Both the position numbers and the translations under genes were made by a program. The notes beneath the pieces are model-generated. The model was not told where the DNA came from. It searched no databases and saw only the letters and a program-made list of their open reading frames with translations. Shown piece by piece: positions 62,792 to 64,000 of a stretch of 64,000 bases of DNA. Within the stretch, counting starts at the first letter, position 1, and each line of letters begins with the position of its first letter. The stretch is from an uncultured Bacteroidales bacterium (GTDB lineage: Bacteria > Bacteroidota > Bacteroidia > Bacteroidales > F082), in contig ONFO01000021.1 of NCBI GenBank assembly GCA_900317155.1, forward strand, positions 73,865 to 137,864. The letters run 5' to 3'.

Positions 62792-63429
62792 ATTACAACT
62801 ATATAGCTATCGAGGGAACGGTGGGAGCAGGCAAAACCACTCTGGCTACCCGCATCGCCAACGATTTCAACGGCAAATTAGTGTTGGAGGAGTTTGAAGG
62901 CGACAAGAATCCGTTTCTTCCCAAGTTTTACAAAGAGCCTGACAAATATTCATTTCAAGTGGAGATGACTTTTTTGGCCTTGCGTTATCAGCAGCTGAAA
63001 GACAAGCTGGGAGCACTCGACCTCTTTCACGACTTCATCATTTCAGATTATTATGTGGCCAAGTCGCTAATTTTCTCCAAGAATAATCTTCAGGATGACG
63101 AATACCAACTGTTTTCTCGTTTTTTCAACATTATTTTTTCGGACATGCCAAAGCCTGAATTGTTGGTATATCTTTATTCTGACGTGGAACGCCTTCAGGC
63201 TAACATTCGTAAGCGTGGACGCGCCTATGAGCAGGAAATTAGCGATACCTATTTGGATAATATTCAGCAAGGTTATTTCGATTTTCTTCGTCAGCAGCAA
63301 GGAAATATGCGCATCTTGCTGATTGACACCAACCGCCTTGATTTCGTGGCCAATGAAAAGGACTATCAAAGCATCATCGATGCCATAGACAAGCCCTATG
63401 ATATCGGGATGCATCGTGTGTCGTTTTGA
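62788..63429 (+). CDS. Deoxynucleoside kinase family protein
   Basis: P-loop IAIEGTVGAGKTTLA. dNK-like length and LID region (IRKRGRAYE). 4-nt overlap with folK. Confidence 0.8.
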   Translation: MNYNYIAIEGTVGAGKTTLATRIANDFNGKLVLEEFEGDKNPFLPKFYKEPDKYSFQVEMTFLALRYQQLKDKLGALDLFHDFIISDYYVAKSLIFSKNNLQDDEYQLFSRFFNIIFSDMPKPELLVYLYSDVERLQANIRKRGRAYEQEISDTYLDNIQQGYFDFLRQQQGNMRILLIDTNRLDFVANEKDYQSIIDAIDKPYDIGMHRVSF

Positions 63430-63453
63430 GTCTATACCGAATTTGGAACATAC

Positions 63454-63484
63454 AAAAAAAGCCGCTCATTGAGCGGCTTTTCTG
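63454..63484. terminator. Bidirectional intrinsic terminator
   Basis: AAAGCCGCTC-att-GAGCGGCTTT, flanked by A7 upstream and a T-rich tail. Confidence 0.8.
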
Positions 63485-63501
63485 TTGTCAAATGAAACGG
63501 A

Positions 63502-64000
63502 TTACTTCTTTTCCACTTTCACTTTGATGGTTCTGGAAACGACATCCTTGTAGGTTTCATTCACATAGACTTCAGCGCGACGGAGCTGCGGCAGAATATC
63601 CTTTTCGAGTTGAGGATAGATAGCGCACATTTCCTTGATGGTCTTCTGAGGATTGCTGGAGTTGTTGATGTTGTTCAGGATAGCATCCTTGTCTTTCAGG
63701 TCGGAGTCTTTAACGAGTTGTTTGAAGGTCTCCCAGTCTTCACCGTAACCTTTACCATTGATGGTGATTTCAGCTTTCTTGGCAAGCTTCATCATCTGCT
63801 TCTCAGCAGCATTGTCACGGTTGTTGGAGAGCTCGTTGTTGTGTCCTTCTTCGCCTTCAGGTGAAGCCCAAGCTCTGATTTCAAATTCCTTTTCACCAGC
63901 GTTCAGCAAGTCAGTGAAAGCTGCATCAGCTTCCTTGTTGAGTTTCTTTCTGTCAGCAATGTTGTATCTGTCCTTGTTGAAGAAATAAGTGAGCTTCTTG
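63502..64000 (-). CDS. OmpA-like domain protein, 3' part (the gene continues beyond the window end)
   Basis: The minus-strand frame is open to position 64000. The motif IRAWASPEGEEGHNNELSNNRDNAAEKQM resembles the OmpA-like peptidoglycan-binding core (ASPEG...N..LS..R). Confidence 0.5.
   Translation of the reverse strand, partial: KKLTYFFNKDRYNIADRKKLNKEADAAFTDLLNAGEKEFEIRAWASPEGEEGHNNELSNNRDNAAEKQMMKLAKKAEITINGKGYGEDWETFKQLVKDSDLKDKDAILNNINNSSNPQKTIKEMCAIYPQLEKDILPQLRRAEVYVNETYKDVVSRTIKVKVEKK

Noticed and set aside
1-64000. CRISPR arrays, tRNA, rRNA, tmRNA or riboswitch-like elements
   Set aside because: Reading the intergenic regions showed no regularly spaced repeat-spacer array, no tRNA-like T-arm (GGTTCGAATCC-type) or cloverleaf, and no rRNA-like stretch. 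A covariance-model scan (tRNAscan-SE, Infernal/Rfam) would be needed to be certain.

Overview
This 64-kb chromosomal window looks like a Bacteroidota genome (Bacteroidales, Prevotella-like). The evidence is the many TAnnTTTG -7 promoter boxes, lipoprotein signals, T9SS C-terminal sorting domains, an ECF-sigma/FecR module and the overall gene content. It has two parts. (1) 1-19.6 kb is a visibly more AT-rich accessory/defence island. It holds small hypothetical genes, a lipocalin-like lipoprotein, and a tightly packed 7-gene minus-strand operon (2555-14096). In that operon a type I R-M system (hsdM, hsdS, hsdR) is interleaved with a DUF3883-type PD-(D/E)xK nuclease, a secreted twin-repeat protein and a DUF262/DUF1524 (GmrSD-like) enzyme. 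A 694-aa HTH/MTase-like/NADAR/HAD fusion is translationally coupled to hsdR. Also in the island are a serine recombinase with a nested repeat site, an acidic small protein, a NUMOD3 mini-protein, an N-formylglutamate-amidohydrolase-family gene, a ~0.87-kb repeat-rich non-coding gap and an Arch_ATPase/DUF234 ATPase. (2) 19.6-64 kb is core genome. It holds a 2054-aa mosaic T9SS surface protein, a decayed R-M methyltransferase remnant next to hairpin repeats, and housekeeping genes (rluE, rsmD, holA, dtd, rbfA, rsmA, rplU-rpmA, sppA, folK, a deoxynucleoside kinase, an ABC-F ATPase). It also holds an OlsF-like bifunctional lipid acyltransferase, an S8 T9SS protease, and an ECF sigma/FecR/STN-barrel module in one operon with two ~1000-aa T9SS cargo proteins. 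I saw no rRNA, tRNA or CRISPR array. The most interesting items are the composite R-M operon (especially the NADAR-HAD fusion), the sigma/anti-sigma/STN-barrel/T9SS-cargo operon, a perfect 27-bp in-frame tandem duplication in rplU, and a palindromic intergenic repeat family sitting between convergent genes. All domain calls come from motif recognition by eye; no database search was run.
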